Assembly: GCA_963709765.1 (NCBI GenBank)
Contig: CAVPXL010000001.1
Coordinates: forward strand, 33,558 to 97,557
Origin: an uncultured Alphaproteobacteria bacterium
GTDB lineage: Bacteria > Pseudomonadota > Alphaproteobacteria > Rhodobacterales > Rhodobacteraceae
Length of the DNA stretch: 64,000 bases
Reading direction: 5' to 3'
The notes below the pieces were generated by a model, which was not told the DNA's origin, made no database searches, and saw only the letters and a list, made by a program, of their open reading frames with translations. Both the position numbers and the translations under genes were made by a program. Below are positions 8,915-18,779 of this stretch, one piece after another. Each line of letters opens with the position of its first letter. Positions within the stretch are counted from its first letter, which is position 1.

Positions 8915-10135
8915 ATGCGCCTACTGATCTCGTTCGCCGCCCTCTTCCTGTCGGTCGTGCTGCTGCAGCTCGGCACCGGGGGACTCGCGCCGCTCGACGC
9001 GATTTCGGGGCTTGCGGCAGGGTTCAGCCGGGCCGAGGTCGGCCTGCTCGGCTCGGCCCATTTCACCGGCTTCTTCATCGGCTGCTGGTGGGCGCCGCGG
9101 GTGATGGGACAGGTCGGCCACAGCCGCGCCTTTGCCGCCTTCACCGCAGCCGGCACGATCGGCATCCTGGCGCACGTCATCGTGGTCGATCCGCTGGCCT
9201 GGGCGCTGATGCGGGTCGCCAGCGGGTTCTGCATCGCCGGCTGCTACACGATCATGGAATCGTGGCTGCAGGAAAAGGTCACGAACGAAACCCGCGGGCG
9301 CACGATGGGCGTCTACCGCGTCGTCGACATTGGCGCCTCGCTGGGGGCGCAGCTGATGATCGGCGTGCTCGAGCCGGGATCGTATGTCAGCTACAACCTG
9401 CTGGCGTTGATCTGCTGCGCGGCGCTTCTGCCGCTGACGCTCAGCCGGGTGGCGCAGCCGGCGATGCCCGCGGCGCCGCGCCTGCGTCCGTCGCTCGCCT
9501 GGCGCCGGTCACCTCTGGCCGCGGCCGGGGTGATCGTGGCCGGCCTGACCGCGGCGGCCTTCCGGATGGTCGGGCCGATCTATGGTCAGGAGGTCGGGCT
9601 GACGGTGGATCAGCTCGCGCTGTTCCTCGCGGCCTTCGTCCTGGGCGGCGCCGTGGCGCAGCTTCCGGCCGGATGGCTCGCTGACAAGTACGACCGGCGC
9701 TGGGTCCTGATCTGGCTCTCGGCGGCCGGCGCGGGGGCCTGCGTCCTCAACGTCGCCCTCGCCGGCGCGGGGACGGGCGGCGTGATGTTCGCCTCCTCGG
9801 TCTTCGGCTTCGCGACCTTTCCGATCTACTCGGTCTCCGCGGCCCATGCCCACGACTTTGCCGATTCCGGCGAACGGGTGGAACTCTCGGCGGCGCTGAT
9901 GTTCCTCTACGCGGTGGGGGCGATCGCCTCGCCGTTCGGCGTCTCCGTCCTGATCGACCGGTACGGCCCGGCGGCCATGTTCGTGTTCGTGGCCCTGGCG
10001 CATGTCGTGCTGATCGTCTTCGGACTCGGGCGCATGCGCGCGCGCCCGGTGCCCCCCGACCGGACGCGCTATGTCTACGTGCCGCGCACCTCGTTCCTGA
10101 TCGGGCGACTGACCCGACGTGGCCGGGACCGCTAG
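8915..10135 (+). CDS. MFS transporter
   Basis: ORF track. The 406-aa product has about 12 hydrophobic segments and no recognisable specificity motif. Confidence 0.8.
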   Translation: MRLLISFAALFLSVVLLQLGTGGLAPLDAISGLAAGFSRAEVGLLGSAHFTGFFIGCWWAPRVMGQVGHSRAFAAFTAAGTIGILAHVIVVDPLAWALMRVASGFCIAGCYTIMESWLQEKVTNETRGRTMGVYRVVDIGASLGAQLMIGVLEPGSYVSYNLLALICCAALLPLTLSRVAQPAMPAAPRLRPSLAWRRSPLAAAGVIVAGLTAAAFRMVGPIYGQEVGLTVDQLALFLAAFVLGGAVAQLPAGWLADKYDRRWVLIWLSAAGAGACVLNVALAGAGTGGVMFASSVFGFATFPIYSVSAAHAHDFADSGERVELSAALMFLYAVGAIASPFGVSVLIDRYGPAAMFVFVALAHVVLIVFGLGRMRARPVPPDRTRYVYVPRTSFLIGRLTRRGRDR

Positions 10136-10189
10136 CCCTTCCCCGCTTCATCCGCTACACCGCGCCGCGACATCACGCAGGGACGGTAC

Positions 10190-11908
10190 ATGGCACGGAT
10201 CCTCATCACGTCGGCGATCCCCTACATCAACGGGATCAAGCATCTGGGCAACCTGGTCGGGTCGATGCTGCCGGCCGACCTCTATGCCCGCTACATGCGC
10301 CAGCGCGGCCACGAGGTCCTGTTCCTGTGCGCCACCGACGAGCACGGAACCCCCGCCGAACTCGCCGCCGCCAGGGCCGGCAAGCCGGTCGCGGAATATT
10401 GCGCCGAGATGCACAAGGTTCAGAAGGAGCTCTACGACGGCTTTCGCCTTTCATTCGACAAGTTCGGCCGCTCCTCCAGCCCGCAGAACCACGCCTTGAC
10501 CCAGCATTTCGCCGGCCGCCTCCACGCCAACGGCCTGATCGAGGAGCGGTCGGAGCGGCAGGTCTATTCGGTGGCCGACGGCCGCTTCCTGCCGGACCGC
10601 TACATCGAGGGTACCTGCCCCAATTGCGGCTACGAACGCGCCCGCGGCGACCAGTGCGAGAACTGCACCAAGCAGCTCGATCCCACCGACCTGATCTCCC
10701 CGCGCAGCGCGATCAGCGGCTCGACCGACCTGGAGGTGCGCGAGACCAAGCACCTCTACCTGCGCCAGAGCCAGATGCGCGCACGCCTCAACGCATGGAT
10801 CGACGGGCAAACCGGCTGGCCCCTCCTGACCACCTCGATCGCCAGGAAATGGCTCAACGACGGAGACGGATTGCAGGATCGCGGCATCACCCGCGACCTC
10901 GACTGGGGCGTCCCGGTCAGGCGCGGCGATGAGCCGTGGCCGGGGATGGAGGGCAAGGTCTTCTACGTCTGGTTCGACGCGCCCATCGAATATATCGCCT
11001 GCGCCCGCGAATGGGCCGACGAGCATGGCCACCCTGACGAGATCTGGGAAAGCTGGTGGCGCACCGAACACGGCGCATCCGACGTGCGCTACGTCCAGTT
11101 CATGGGCAAGGACAACGTGCCCTTTCACACCCTGTCCTTCCCCGCCACGATCATGGGCTCGGGCGAGGACTGGAAGCTCGTCGACTACATCAAGTCGTTC
11201 AACTACCTGAACTACGACGGCGGCCAGTTCTCCACGTCCCAGGGCCGCGGCGTGTTCATGGACCAGGCGCTGGAGATCCTGCCGGCCGATTACTGGCGCT
11301 GGTGGCTGCTTTCCCATGCACCCGAAGGCGGCGACAGCGAGTTCACATGGGCCGCATTCCAGGCTGACGTGAACAAGGATCTCGCCGACGTGCTCGGCAA
11401 TTTCGTCAGCCGCGTGACCAAGTTCTGCCGCTCGAAGTTCGGAGAAACCGTCCCCGAGGGCGGCGAATGGGGCGAGGCGGAGTCCGCACTTGCCAAAGAG
11501 GTCGACCGCCGCCTGCGCGCCTACGAGCGCCACATGGAAGCGATCGAGATCCGCAAGGCCACGGCCGAGCTGCGCGCGCTCTGGGTGGCGGGCAACGAGT
11601 ACCTGCAGGCCGCGGCGCCCTGGTCGGTCTTCAAGACCGACAGCCAAAGGGCCGCCACCATCGTGAGCATGGCGCTCAACCTGATCCGGCTTTACGCCAT
11701 CGTCTCGCGCCCCTTCATTCCCGACGCTTCGGCCGTGATGCTCGAGGCGATGGGCACCGACGATGACACCTGGCCGCGCGATGTGGAGGCGGCGCTGACC
11801 GTCCTGCCAGCGGGCCATGCCTTCGCCGTGCCGGATGTGCTCTTTGCCAAGATCACCGACGACGAGCGACTGGACTGGCAGACAAGGTTCGGCGGCACCC
11901 GCACCTGA
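10190..11908 (+). CDS. metG: Methionine--tRNA ligase
   Basis: ORF track. Features seen: the N-terminus [17 protein letters not shown], a zinc knuckle [17 protein letters not shown], and a KMSKS-equivalent KFSTSQGRG. Confidence 0.95.
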   Translation: MARILITSAIPYINGIKHLGNLVGSMLPADLYARYMRQRGHEVLFLCATDEHGTPAELAAARAGKPVAEYCAEMHKVQKELYDGFRLSFDKFGRSSSPQNHALTQHFAGRLHANGLIEERSERQVYSVADGRFLPDRYIEGTCPNCGYERARGDQCENCTKQLDPTDLISPRSAISGSTDLEVRETKHLYLRQSQMRARLNAWIDGQTGWPLLTTSIARKWLNDGDGLQDRGITRDLDWGVPVRRGDEPWPGMEGKVFYVWFDAPIEYIACAREWADEHGHPDEIWESWWRTEHGASDVRYVQFMGKDNVPFHTLSFPATIMGSGEDWKLVDYIKSFNYLNYDGGQFSTSQGRGVFMDQALEILPADYWRWWLLSHAPEGGDSEFTWAAFQADVNKDLADVLGNFVSRVTKFCRSKFGETVPEGGEWGEAESALAKEVDRRLRAYERHMEAIEIRKATAELRALWVAGNEYLQAAAPWSVFKTDSQRAATIVSMALNLIRLYAIVSRPFIPDASAVMLEAMGTDDDTWPRDVEAALTVLPAGHAFAVPDVLFAKITDDERLDWQTRFGGTRT

Positions 11909-11933
11909 GCGGCTGCCGCCCTGCTCTCCGCGA

Positions 11934-12563
11934 TCAGCAGAGCGCCACGGGATTGGCCGGCGACCCGGTCGCGCCCTTGATCTCGAGCGGCGCCCAGACG
12001 AACAGGAATTCGTAGGCCTCGTCCTCGACGAGTTGCGTGAGGTCGAGGTTCTCGATGTTCCAGATGCCCCGCCGCGTCTGCAATTGCGCATGGCACTCGA
12101 ACGGCTTGTCCGCGTTCTCGCCCGGCACGGCCTCCGTCGCCTAGGTGTCGGCGCCGATCTCGGGGTCCTTGTCGGTCCTCCGGCCGTTGCGGAGGAACAT
12201 GCCCTCCGGGGTGATGATGCCGATATGGCCGGAGCCGTCGAACTGCGGTCCCACCTGCCCGATCTCGGTCGCAAGGCATTCATCGTTGCAGACCAGCCGG
12301 TGCGAGCCGAACGGTCCGCCCGCTGGCAAGCACGGACTGGTCATCCGCCAGCCCCGGCTTCCGAACATCGGCGCATCGCCCTGATTGACCTTGCCGAGCG
12401 TCGCCATCTCGCCCTGCGTCACCAGGCCAACGGCGCCCCGAACGATCTCGGTCGCCATGCGATTGACCGCGCCCGCCGTGTCATCCGCCCCCCATTCGGA
12501 CGGCGCCCACCCATCGATCAGCGGCGCATCGTTGCGCCTCCTGCGCCGGAACGGCCGACAGCG
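11934..12563 (-). pseudogene. Cyclase-family (kynurenine-formamidase-like, PF04199-like) gene remnant, interrupted by an in-frame TAG and lacking a credible start
   Basis: ORFs 12141..12458 and 11934..12128 share one frame and are separated only by TAG at 12143..12141 (...PEIGADT*ATEAVPGENADKPFECH...). The C-terminus FECH...IWNIENLDLTQLVEDEAYEFLFVWAPLEIKGATGSPANPVAL matches the cyclase-family tail. The frame opens at a stop at 12566..12564 with no start or signal sequence, and a signal-like stretch sits in another frame. Confidence 0.4.
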
Positions 12564-12748
12564 CTACGATCCCGTGCATCCTCATTTCGAGACCTTCCTG
12601 ATCCCGCTGTGGTTCGGCAGCGCTCTGCGCCACGGCCGGGGCAGCACTCAGGAGGATACGCAGGTCCGCCCAGACCGCCCGACGGTTTGTGTCCGCCGCG
12701 GCCAGGCGCTGTTCTTCTGCCCACGGCAGAGCCCGGCACGATGATCTC

Positions 12749-12834
12749 TGGTGCCCGCGGCCGGACTCGAACCGGCACGGCCTTCCGGCCTGGGGATTTT
12801 AAGTCCCCTGTGTCTACCATTCCACCACGCGGGC
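12749..12834 (-). tRNA. tRNA-Leu (anticodon UAA), CCA encoded
   Basis: The reverse complement reads GCCCGCGTGGTGGAATGGTAGACACAGGGGACTTAAAATCCCCAGGCCGGAAGGCCGTGCCGGTTCGAGTCCGGCCGCGGGCACCA. It has a 7-bp acceptor stem, the anticodon loop CTTAAAA, a long variable arm and a TPsiC arm GGTTCGAGTCC. Confidence 0.9.
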
Positions 12835-13265
12835 GGGCGACGTCACCATAGATGCCGTCGCCGGGGGGACAAGCCGTTCGCGACCGACCGCGCGCTCTGC
12901 GCCCTGAGCACGGTGAACCTGTCGCCGTTCCCGGGCTGGCTTCTGCGCCGGCGACCGGCAATTCCGGCAAGAGCCAGCCCGCCGACCATCAGCGGCAGCG
13001 TCGCCGGCGGTCAGCGGCCCCACTCAAGGGGCGGCTCCGGTGCCGCGAGCGTGACCGTGACGCAGACCGAAAACAGGGCAGCGGCATTGCAGTCGGCCAG
13101 AGCACTTCGCGCCTCGGCGCACCCGCGTTGGCCTGCGGAGTCCCCTCGCGGGCCTCCACCCGTTCGCACGCGCGCGACGTCTCGCACCGCGCCGCACAGG
13201 GTCCGCCCACGCCGACGCGACCTGCGCGCTTGACGCGGTCCGCCCCCCGCCACAGCTAGTGCGGC

Positions 13266-14006
13266 ATGTTCCCGATCCGCGATCACAACCCGTCGCTGCG
13301 CACGCCATTCGTCACCTACGCCCTGATCCTGGCGAACGTGGCGATCTTCCTGAGCTATCTGCCGGTGCTCGGCGACCAGGGCGCGGCGGCGCGCTTCTTC
13401 CAGGAATGGGGTCTCGTTCCCGCCTTCGCCCTCGACGCGCCCGAGCGTGTGGTGACCTCGATGTTCCTGCATGGCGGGCTCATGCACCTGGCCGGGAACA
13501 TGCTCTTTCTCTACATCTTCGGCGACAATCTCGAGGACGCGATGGGCCACGTCGCGTTCCTCGGCTTCTACATCGCGGGCGGGCTCGGCGCCGCGCTGGC
13601 CCAGATCGCGAGCGCACCCGCTTCGACGATGCCGATGGTCGGCGCCTCGGGCGCCATCGGCGCGGTCATGGGCGGCTACCTGCTGCTCTTTCCGCGGGCG
13701 CGCGTGGACGTGCTGGTGATCATCGTCTTCATCGTCCGGATCGTTCCGGTGCCGGCCTGGCTGATGCTGGGGCTCTGGTTCGGGTTCCAGATCCTCGCCG
13801 GCGCCGCGACCCCGACCACGGCGGGCGGCGTGGCCTACTGGGCCCATGTGGGCGGTTTCGCTACTGGCCTCGCGCTCGCCGTGCCGGTCTGGGCACGCCG
13901 GGGCGCCGTGCGGTTCTGGGACCGGACCAACGGTCGCCCGCCTCACCCCGAAGCGCGGGTCGTCCGCAGCCGCAGCCGAATTCCGAAGGCCGGGCACCGC
14001 CGCTGA
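13266..14006 (+). CDS. Rhomboid-family intramembrane serine protease
   Basis: ORF track. Motifs seen: HGGLMHLAGNMLFLYIFG, and the catalytic GASGAIGAVMGGY with a downstream AHVGGF. Confidence 0.85.
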   Translation: MFPIRDHNPSLRTPFVTYALILANVAIFLSYLPVLGDQGAAARFFQEWGLVPAFALDAPERVVTSMFLHGGLMHLAGNMLFLYIFGDNLEDAMGHVAFLGFYIAGGLGAALAQIASAPASTMPMVGASGAIGAVMGGYLLLFPRARVDVLVIIVFIVRIVPVPAWLMLGLWFGFQILAGAATPTTAGGVAYWAHVGGFATGLALAVPVWARRGAVRFWDRTNGRPPHPEARVVRSRSRIPKAGHRR

Positions 14007-14029
14007 GCGCGGCGCGCCAACCGGCCGCG

Positions 14030-14818
14030 TCACTCGTTGCGGACCGCCTTGGCGAACCGGTCGAAGATGTTGCTGTTGGCCGCGATGATCGCCCCGTCGA
14101 GGACGGGGCTGCCGTCCGGCCGGATCGCCTCGACGAAGCCGCCCGCCTCGCGCACCAGAAGGATGCCCGCCGCCATGTCCCAGGCTTTCAGCTTGCGCTC
14201 CCAGAAGCCGTCGTAGCGCCCGCCCGCCACATAGGCGAGGTCGAGCGCCGCCGCCCCCCAGCGCCGCACACCGGCCGTCGCCGGCAGCAGCCGCGCCAGA
14301 TCCTGCAGCGTCTCCGGCAGGTCGCTGCGCCCCGCGAAGGGCAGGCCGGTGGCAAAGATCGACTCGATCATGACCGAGCGGTTCGACACCCTGAGGCGCA
14401 TCTCGTTCATCCACGCGCCCTGCCCCTTCTCGGCCACGAACATCTCGTCCTTGGCGGGGTCGAACACCACGGCCGACACGATCTCGCCCTTGTGCTCGAG
14501 CGCGATCGACACCGCCCAGTGCGGCAGGCCGTGCAGGAAGTTCGTCGTGCCATCGAGCGGATCGACGATCCAGCGGCGGGTGGGGTCCTTGCCGTCCACC
14601 GGGTCGCTTTCCTCGCCGAGCCAGCCGTAATTGGGGCGCGCCTCGGTCAAGTCGTCGCGGATGATCTTCTCGGCCGCGATGTCGGCCCGGCTCACGAAAT
14701 CGCCCGCGCTCTTGGAGCTGACCTGCAGGTTTTCCACCTCGCGGAAATCCTTGACCAGGCTGCGGCCGGCCTTGCGCGCGGCCTTGATCATGACGTTGAG
14801 ATTTGCGCTGCCCTGCAT
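14030..14818 (-). CDS. Inositol monophosphatase family protein (SuhB-like)
   Basis: ORF track. Motifs seen: WIVDPLDGTTNF and WDMAAG. Confidence 0.85.
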   Translation of the reverse strand: MQGSANLNVMIKAARKAGRSLVKDFREVENLQVSSKSAGDFVSRADIAAEKIIRDDLTEARPNYGWLGEESDPVDGKDPTRRWIVDPLDGTTNFLHGLPHWAVSIALEHKGEIVSAVVFDPAKDEMFVAEKGQGAWMNEMRLRVSNRSVMIESIFATGLPFAGRSDLPETLQDLARLLPATAGVRRWGAAALDLAYVAGGRYDGFWERKLKAWDMAAGILLVREAGGFVEAIRPDGSPVLDGAIIAANSNIFDRFAKAVRNE

Positions 14819-15062
14819 CGACGGGACCCCTGGAAGTGAACAAGGGGGGCCTATAGCGGCGGGCGGCGCCGAAGGAAAGCGCCGCGGCCCGGCGCACAGG
14901 CCGCCGCGCGGGCCGACACGCGGGCCGACACGGGCCCCGGGACCGGACGCCGACGTTGCGTCGTGCGGACAACGCGCCCCGCGCCCGGAACATCGCGGCC
15001 CGTCGCCGCTTGTCCCCCCGACGACGCGACAGCGTCACCACATAACACGAGGGCCCCGCCAC

Positions 15063-15221
15063 ATGGACGTCATCCGCATCATCCTTTCGATCCTTCTGCC
15101 GCCGGTGGGCGTCTTCCTTCAGGTCGGAATCGGGCTGCAATTCTGGCTCAACATCCTGCTGACGCTGCTCGGCTACATCCCCGGCGTCATCCACGCGATC
15201 TGGATCATCACCACCCGCTAG
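15063..15221 (+). CDS. YqaE/Pmp3-family small membrane proteolipid
   Basis: ATG 15063 within ORF 14631..15221. The product MDVIRIILSILLPPVGVFLQVGIGLQFWLNILLTLLGYIPGVIHAIWIITTR is typical of the family. Confidence 0.7.
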   Translation: MDVIRIILSILLPPVGVFLQVGIGLQFWLNILLTLLGYIPGVIHAIWIITTR

Positions 15222-16123
15222 ACGCGCTGCAACTTCGGCGGCTCGGTCCGCGCCAGCCGCAGCAGGTGCGCGAAATAGGGCCGTGTCGCGTCCTCGCTCC
15301 GCGTCGCCGCGTAAAGCCGCCGGGTGATGCCGTGCTCGGTCAGCGGCCGCGTCACGTAATCCGAATGATAGCGCACCTCGCGCACCACCCAGTCGGGCAG
15401 GACGGCGACCCCCCGGTTCGACGCCACCAGAAGCAGGATCACCGCCGTCAGCTCCACCTGCCGCACGCCGCGCGGCTCTACCTTGGCGGGCGCCAGCAAC
15501 TGGCTGAACACGTCGAGCCGGGCGCGGTCCACCGGATAGGTGATCAGCAACTCGTCGCGGAAATCCTCGGCCACCACGAAGGGCTTTTTGGCCAGCGGAT
15601 GCTGCGACGAGGCGACGAAGACCGGATCGTAGTCGAAAAGCGGCGCGAAGGTGATCCCGTCCAGCGCCTCGGGGTCGGACGACACGACCAGGTCCACCTC
15701 CTCGCGCCTGAGCGCGGGCAAGGCGTCGAAGGCCAGACCGGGGCGGATGTCGACATCCACGTCCGGCCAGGCATGGCGGAACTTCTCCAGCACCGGGAAC
15801 AGCCACTCGAAGCAGGCATGACACTCGATGGCGATGTGCATCCGTCCCGACTTGCCGGCCCGCAGCCCCGCGAAATCCTGCTCCAGCGCCTCCAGCTCGG
15901 GCAGCACCCGGTCGGCGAGACGCAACAGCTTCTGCCCCGCCGCCGACAGCTTGAGCGGTCGCGACCGACGCACGAAAAGCTCCACCCCGAACTGTGCCTC
16001 GAGGCCCTTGACCTGATGGCTGAGCGCCGACTGGGTGATGTGGAGCGTGTCCGCAGCCCGCGCCAGACCGCCCGCTTCGTGGATGGCCCTGATCGTGCGC
16101 AAATGCCTGAATTCGAGGTTCAT
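15218..16123 (-). CDS. metR: LysR-family regulator, MetR-like (divergent from metF)
   Basis: Based on ORF 15218..16180, with ATG 16123 preferred (MNLEFRHLRTIRAIHEAGGLARAADTLHITQSALSHQ...), which is the canonical LysR N-terminus. Its position opposite metF supports the call. Confidence 0.75.
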   Translation of the reverse strand: MNLEFRHLRTIRAIHEAGGLARAADTLHITQSALSHQVKGLEAQFGVELFVRRSRPLKLSAAGQKLLRLADRVLPELEALEQDFAGLRAGKSGRMHIAIECHACFEWLFPVLEKFRHAWPDVDVDIRPGLAFDALPALRREEVDLVVSSDPEALDGITFAPLFDYDPVFVASSQHPLAKKPFVVAEDFRDELLITYPVDRARLDVFSQLLAPAKVEPRGVRQVELTAVILLLVASNRGVAVLPDWVVREVRYHSDYVTRPLTEHGITRRLYAATRSEDATRPYFAHLLRLARTEPPKLQRV

Positions 16124-16154
16124 GGCGTCCGGCTCATGTTGATCTTGAGAATTA

Positions 16155-16167
16155 TGAGTTTGTTTCA
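16155..16167 (+). promoter_or_regulatory. MetR-box-like palindrome, TGAG-N5-TTCA
   Basis: TGAGTTTGTTTCA lies in the metR-metF intergenic region. It is one mismatch from the enterobacterial MetR consensus TGAA-N5-TTCA. Confidence 0.35.
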
Positions 16168-16215
16168 CGCGGGGCTTCATGAGACAAGCTCCGAAAGCAG
16201 CCGAGGATCCCTCTG

Positions 16216-17076
16216 ATGACCGCCATTTCGTTCGAGTTCTTTCCGCCCAAATCGCTGGAAGGCTCGTTCCGCCTCTGGGACACCGTGCGCGAGCTGGCGC
16301 CGCTGCAGCCCGAATTCGTCTCGGTAACCTATGGCGCGGGCGGCACGACGCGCGACCTGACCCACGAGGCCGTCACCACGATCGGACGCCATTACGGGCT
16401 GAACGTGGCCGCGCACCTGACCTGCGTCGACGCGAGCCGGACCGAGACGATGGAGATCGTCGAGCGCTACGCCGAGGCCGGCGTCACCGAGATCGTCGCC
16501 CTGCGCGGCGACCCCTCAGACGCGACGGCCGGGTTCCGGCCGCACCCCGACGGCTTCGCCTCGTCGGCAGAGCTGATCGCCGCGCTGTCCGGAACCGGAC
16601 GCTTCACCATCCGCGCCGGCGCCTACCCCGATCCGCACCCCGAGGCGCGCGGGCAGGGCGCCGACGTCGACTGGCTCAAGCGCAAGATCGACGCGGGCGC
16701 GAGTTCGGCCATCACGCAGTTCTTCTTCGAGGCCGAGACGTTCTTCCGCTTCCGCGACGCCTGCGCGGCCGCCGGAATCGACGCGCCGATCATCCCGGGC
16801 ATCTTCCCGATCGAGAACTGGGCCGGCACGGCGCGCTTCGCGGCCCGGTGCGGCGCCCGGGTGCCCGCGTGGCTGCCCGAGGCGTTCTCAAAGGCCGAGC
16901 GCGACGGGCGCACCGAAATCCTGTCGACCGCGCTGTGCACCGAGCTGTGCACCGACCTGATCGAAGGCGGGGTCGAGCACCTGCACTTCTACACGCTCAA
17001 CAAGCCGCACCTGACCCGCACCGTGGTCGGCGCGCTGGGTCTCGCGCCGCCGGCGACGCTTGAAAAGGTAGCCTGA
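16216..17076 (+). CDS. metF: Methylenetetrahydrofolate reductase
   Basis: ORF track. The product reads ISFEFFPPKS...VSVTYGAGGTTR... Confidence 0.9.
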   Translation: MTAISFEFFPPKSLEGSFRLWDTVRELAPLQPEFVSVTYGAGGTTRDLTHEAVTTIGRHYGLNVAAHLTCVDASRTETMEIVERYAEAGVTEIVALRGDPSDATAGFRPHPDGFASSAELIAALSGTGRFTIRAGAYPDPHPEARGQGADVDWLKRKIDAGASSAITQFFFEAETFFRFRDACAAAGIDAPIIPGIFPIENWAGTARFAARCGARVPAWLPEAFSKAERDGRTEILSTALCTELCTDLIEGGVEHLHFYTLNKPHLTRTVVGALGLAPPATLEKVA

Positions 17077-17227
17077 TTCCGGCGTCCTGCGCGGGCGGCG
17101 CCGGACCGGGGGGATGGACCCCCCGCCCCGGCGCGGCCGCAGTCGCGGCGGGCGAGCCCGCCCCCCCGTCCGTCCATTTCCCTTGCGGAATACTTGCCAT
17201 TCCCGGCCGCGCGGATAGCCTCGCCCG

Positions 17228-17680
17228 ATGACCTCGACCAATCCGATGGCGGCCCTCAGCGGCCTCGAACTCCTGCAGGCGATCCTGGACGGCGACGCCC
17301 CGCCGCCGCCGATGGCCCTGGCGATGAACTACCGCCTCCACGCGGTCGAGCACGGGCGCGCCGTGTTCCGTGGCACGCCTTCTGCCGATTTTCACAACCC
17401 GATGGGGTCGCTGCACGGCGGCTGGTACGGCACGCTGCTCGACAGCGCGCTGGGCTGCGCGATCCACTCGACCCTGCCGCCGGGGCGCGCCTACACCACG
17501 CTGGAATACAAGGTGAACCTGACCCGCGCGATCCCGCCGGGCACCGAGGTGGAGGTCGTCGGCACGATCCAGCATTCGGGCCGCACGACGGGCGTCGCCT
17601 CGGCCGAGATCCGCGGGATCGACGACGGGCGCCTCTACGCCACCGGCTCCACAACCTGCCTCATCATCGCGACCGGTTGA
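17228..17680 (+). CDS. PaaI-family (hotdog-fold) thioesterase
   Basis: ORF track. The motif NPMGSLHGGWYGTLLDSALGCA is typical of the family. Confidence 0.8.
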   Translation: MTSTNPMAALSGLELLQAILDGDAPPPPMALAMNYRLHAVEHGRAVFRGTPSADFHNPMGSLHGGWYGTLLDSALGCAIHSTLPPGRAYTTLEYKVNLTRAIPPGTEVEVVGTIQHSGRTTGVASAEIRGIDDGRLYATGSTTCLIIATG

Positions 17681-18779
17681 GAAACGCCCGGCGGGCCAGA
17701 CGCCTGGGCGGCGCCACCGGTGGCTGGCGCAACGGCGCGTCGCGCTCGCCCGCCGCCGAGCGATGGATGAATTCCGACGGGTCGCGGCCGACCACGCGCG
17801 GCCGCCGATAGAGGAACATCTTGCCCCAGCCGCGAAACGTGCCGACCGACGGCGCCTTCGCGTCCGCGTGAAACCGCGAGCGCCAGCCGGACGGAAGCCG
17901 CAGCCCGCAACCCTCGGCCTTTTCCAGCATCCACAGCAACGGGATGTTGGACAGCGGCCGCGCCGCGTCGAAGCCGCCGAGCTGCCCGCCGACGTCGCCA
18001 TGGGCCCCGCGAAACCACATCTGTTCGACGTCGTAGCCGGGCCAGGCCGGACCCGTCTCCCACAGCACCGGCTCGAAGGCGACCCGCGTCTCGCCCAGCG
18101 CCAGGGCGTGAAAGCCGTGGCGCACCGACGCGCCCAGATGGTGCGAATGGAACTCCTGATCGTGCCGGCTCAGCCACCACAGGAGCGGCACCCGCAGGCC
18201 CAGCGCCTTCACCGTGTCCCACACCCCGATCATCTCGATCGGGACCTGCTCGTGGCAATGGCGCGCGCGAAAGACCGCCTCGGAGCCCGTCGTCTCGGCG
18301 CGTTCGTAATGGCGGTAGGCCTCGCGCACATAGCGTTCGGTCGCATGCTGCGCCTTGAGCAGGCCGATCCGGTCGATCACGCCGGCCAGCGAGCGCACCG
18401 CATAGGCACCGCGCGAATAGCCCAGCAGGAAGATCCGGTCGCCCGGCCGATAGCGCGACGCCAGAACCCCGTAGGCGCGCTGGATCTGCCGGTTGATGCC
18501 ACGCCCGTGGATCACGTCGGTCGTGCGGATCCAGGAATGCCACTGGATCCCGGCCTCGTAGAACAGCGACAGGTCCGGCGCCGGCGCCAGCTCGCTCAAC
18601 AGCCGGTAGGTCAGGCCGACATTGGTCTCTTCCCCCGGATCCAGCGACGACATGGTGCCGTCGAGCAGGATGACATGGGTAACGGGGCCGCGCCCCCGGA
18701 CGGCCCGGGACTGTTCGGTCCGCGGCTTCCGCCCGAGGAGGCGCCATATGATGTCATTCAGCCGCAATCCGGCCTTCAT
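17664..18779 (-). CDS. DUF2235 (Tle1-like alpha/beta hydrolase) domain protein
   Basis: Based on ORF 17664..18851, with ATG 18779 preferred. The DUF2235 pattern THVILLDGTMSS...NVGLTYRLL...FYEAGIQW...RIFLLGYSRGAYAVRSLAGVI is present, with GYSRG as the GxSxG nucleophile elbow. Confidence 0.75.
   Translation of the reverse strand: MKAGLRLNDIIWRLLGRKPRTEQSRAVRGRGPVTHVILLDGTMSSLDPGEETNVGLTYRLLSELAPAPDLSLFYEAGIQWHSWIRTTDVIHGRGINRQIQRAYGVLASRYRPGDRIFLLGYSRGAYAVRSLAGVIDRIGLLKAQHATERYVREAYRHYERAETTGSEAVFRARHCHEQVPIEMIGVWDTVKALGLRVPLLWWLSRHDQEFHSHHLGASVRHGFHALALGETRVAFEPVLWETGPAWPGYDVEQMWFRGAHGDVGGQLGGFDAARPLSNIPLLWMLEKAEGCGLRLPSGWRSRFHADAKAPSVGTFRGWGKMFLYRRPRVVGRDPSEFIHRSAAGERDAPLRQPPVAPPRRLARRAFLNRSR

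Noticed and set aside
12141-12143. The in-frame TAG read as a possible pyrrolysine codon, given an MttB-family gene in the same window.
   Set aside because: The interrupted gene is cyclase-like, not a methylamine methyltransferase. The MttB homologue here has no amber codon. No pylTSBCD genes are visible, and the remnant also lacks a start. A nonsense mutation or an error is the simpler reading.
12749-12834. An integrated element at tRNA-Leu, and likewise at tRNA-Cys (38023..38096).
   Set aside because: No integrase, phage or conjugation genes are present, and I saw no direct repeat of the tRNA 3' end in the flanks. Only the decayed cyclase-like gene lies next to tRNA-Leu.
12870-13013. A peptide ...TLPLMVGGLALAGIAGRRRRS on the minus strand that resembles a VPLPA/PEP-CTERM or GlyGly-CTERM sorting tail. 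It lies in the 431-bp gene-free spacer right next to the rhomboid protease gene.
   Set aside because: No upstream start or signal peptide is in frame. A TGA immediately precedes the peptide. The frame does not stop after the basic cluster. Gly/Leu/Ala/Arg-rich strings arise easily by chance in GC-rich DNA. The rhomboid also shows no specific rhombosortase features that I can identify.
14908-14931. A 2 x 12-nt tandem duplication (GCGGGCCGACAC) in the suhB / yqaE spacer.
   Set aside because: It has only two copies, shows no symmetry and has no positional link to a start site. It is most likely a trivial slippage duplication.
13011-15824. Very long ORFs antisense to real genes. Examples: 13011..15824 (937 aa), 24413..27118 (901 aa), 19201..21423 (740 aa), 48905..51274 (789 aa), 10451..12283 (610 aa), 7435..9234 (599 aa), 38084..39733 and 39660..41228.
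   Set aside because: They are Arg/Gly/Pro/Ala-rich with no recognisable motifs. They span several well-supported genes on the opposite strand. Such ORFs are expected in GC-rich DNA, where stop codons are rare in non-coding frames.
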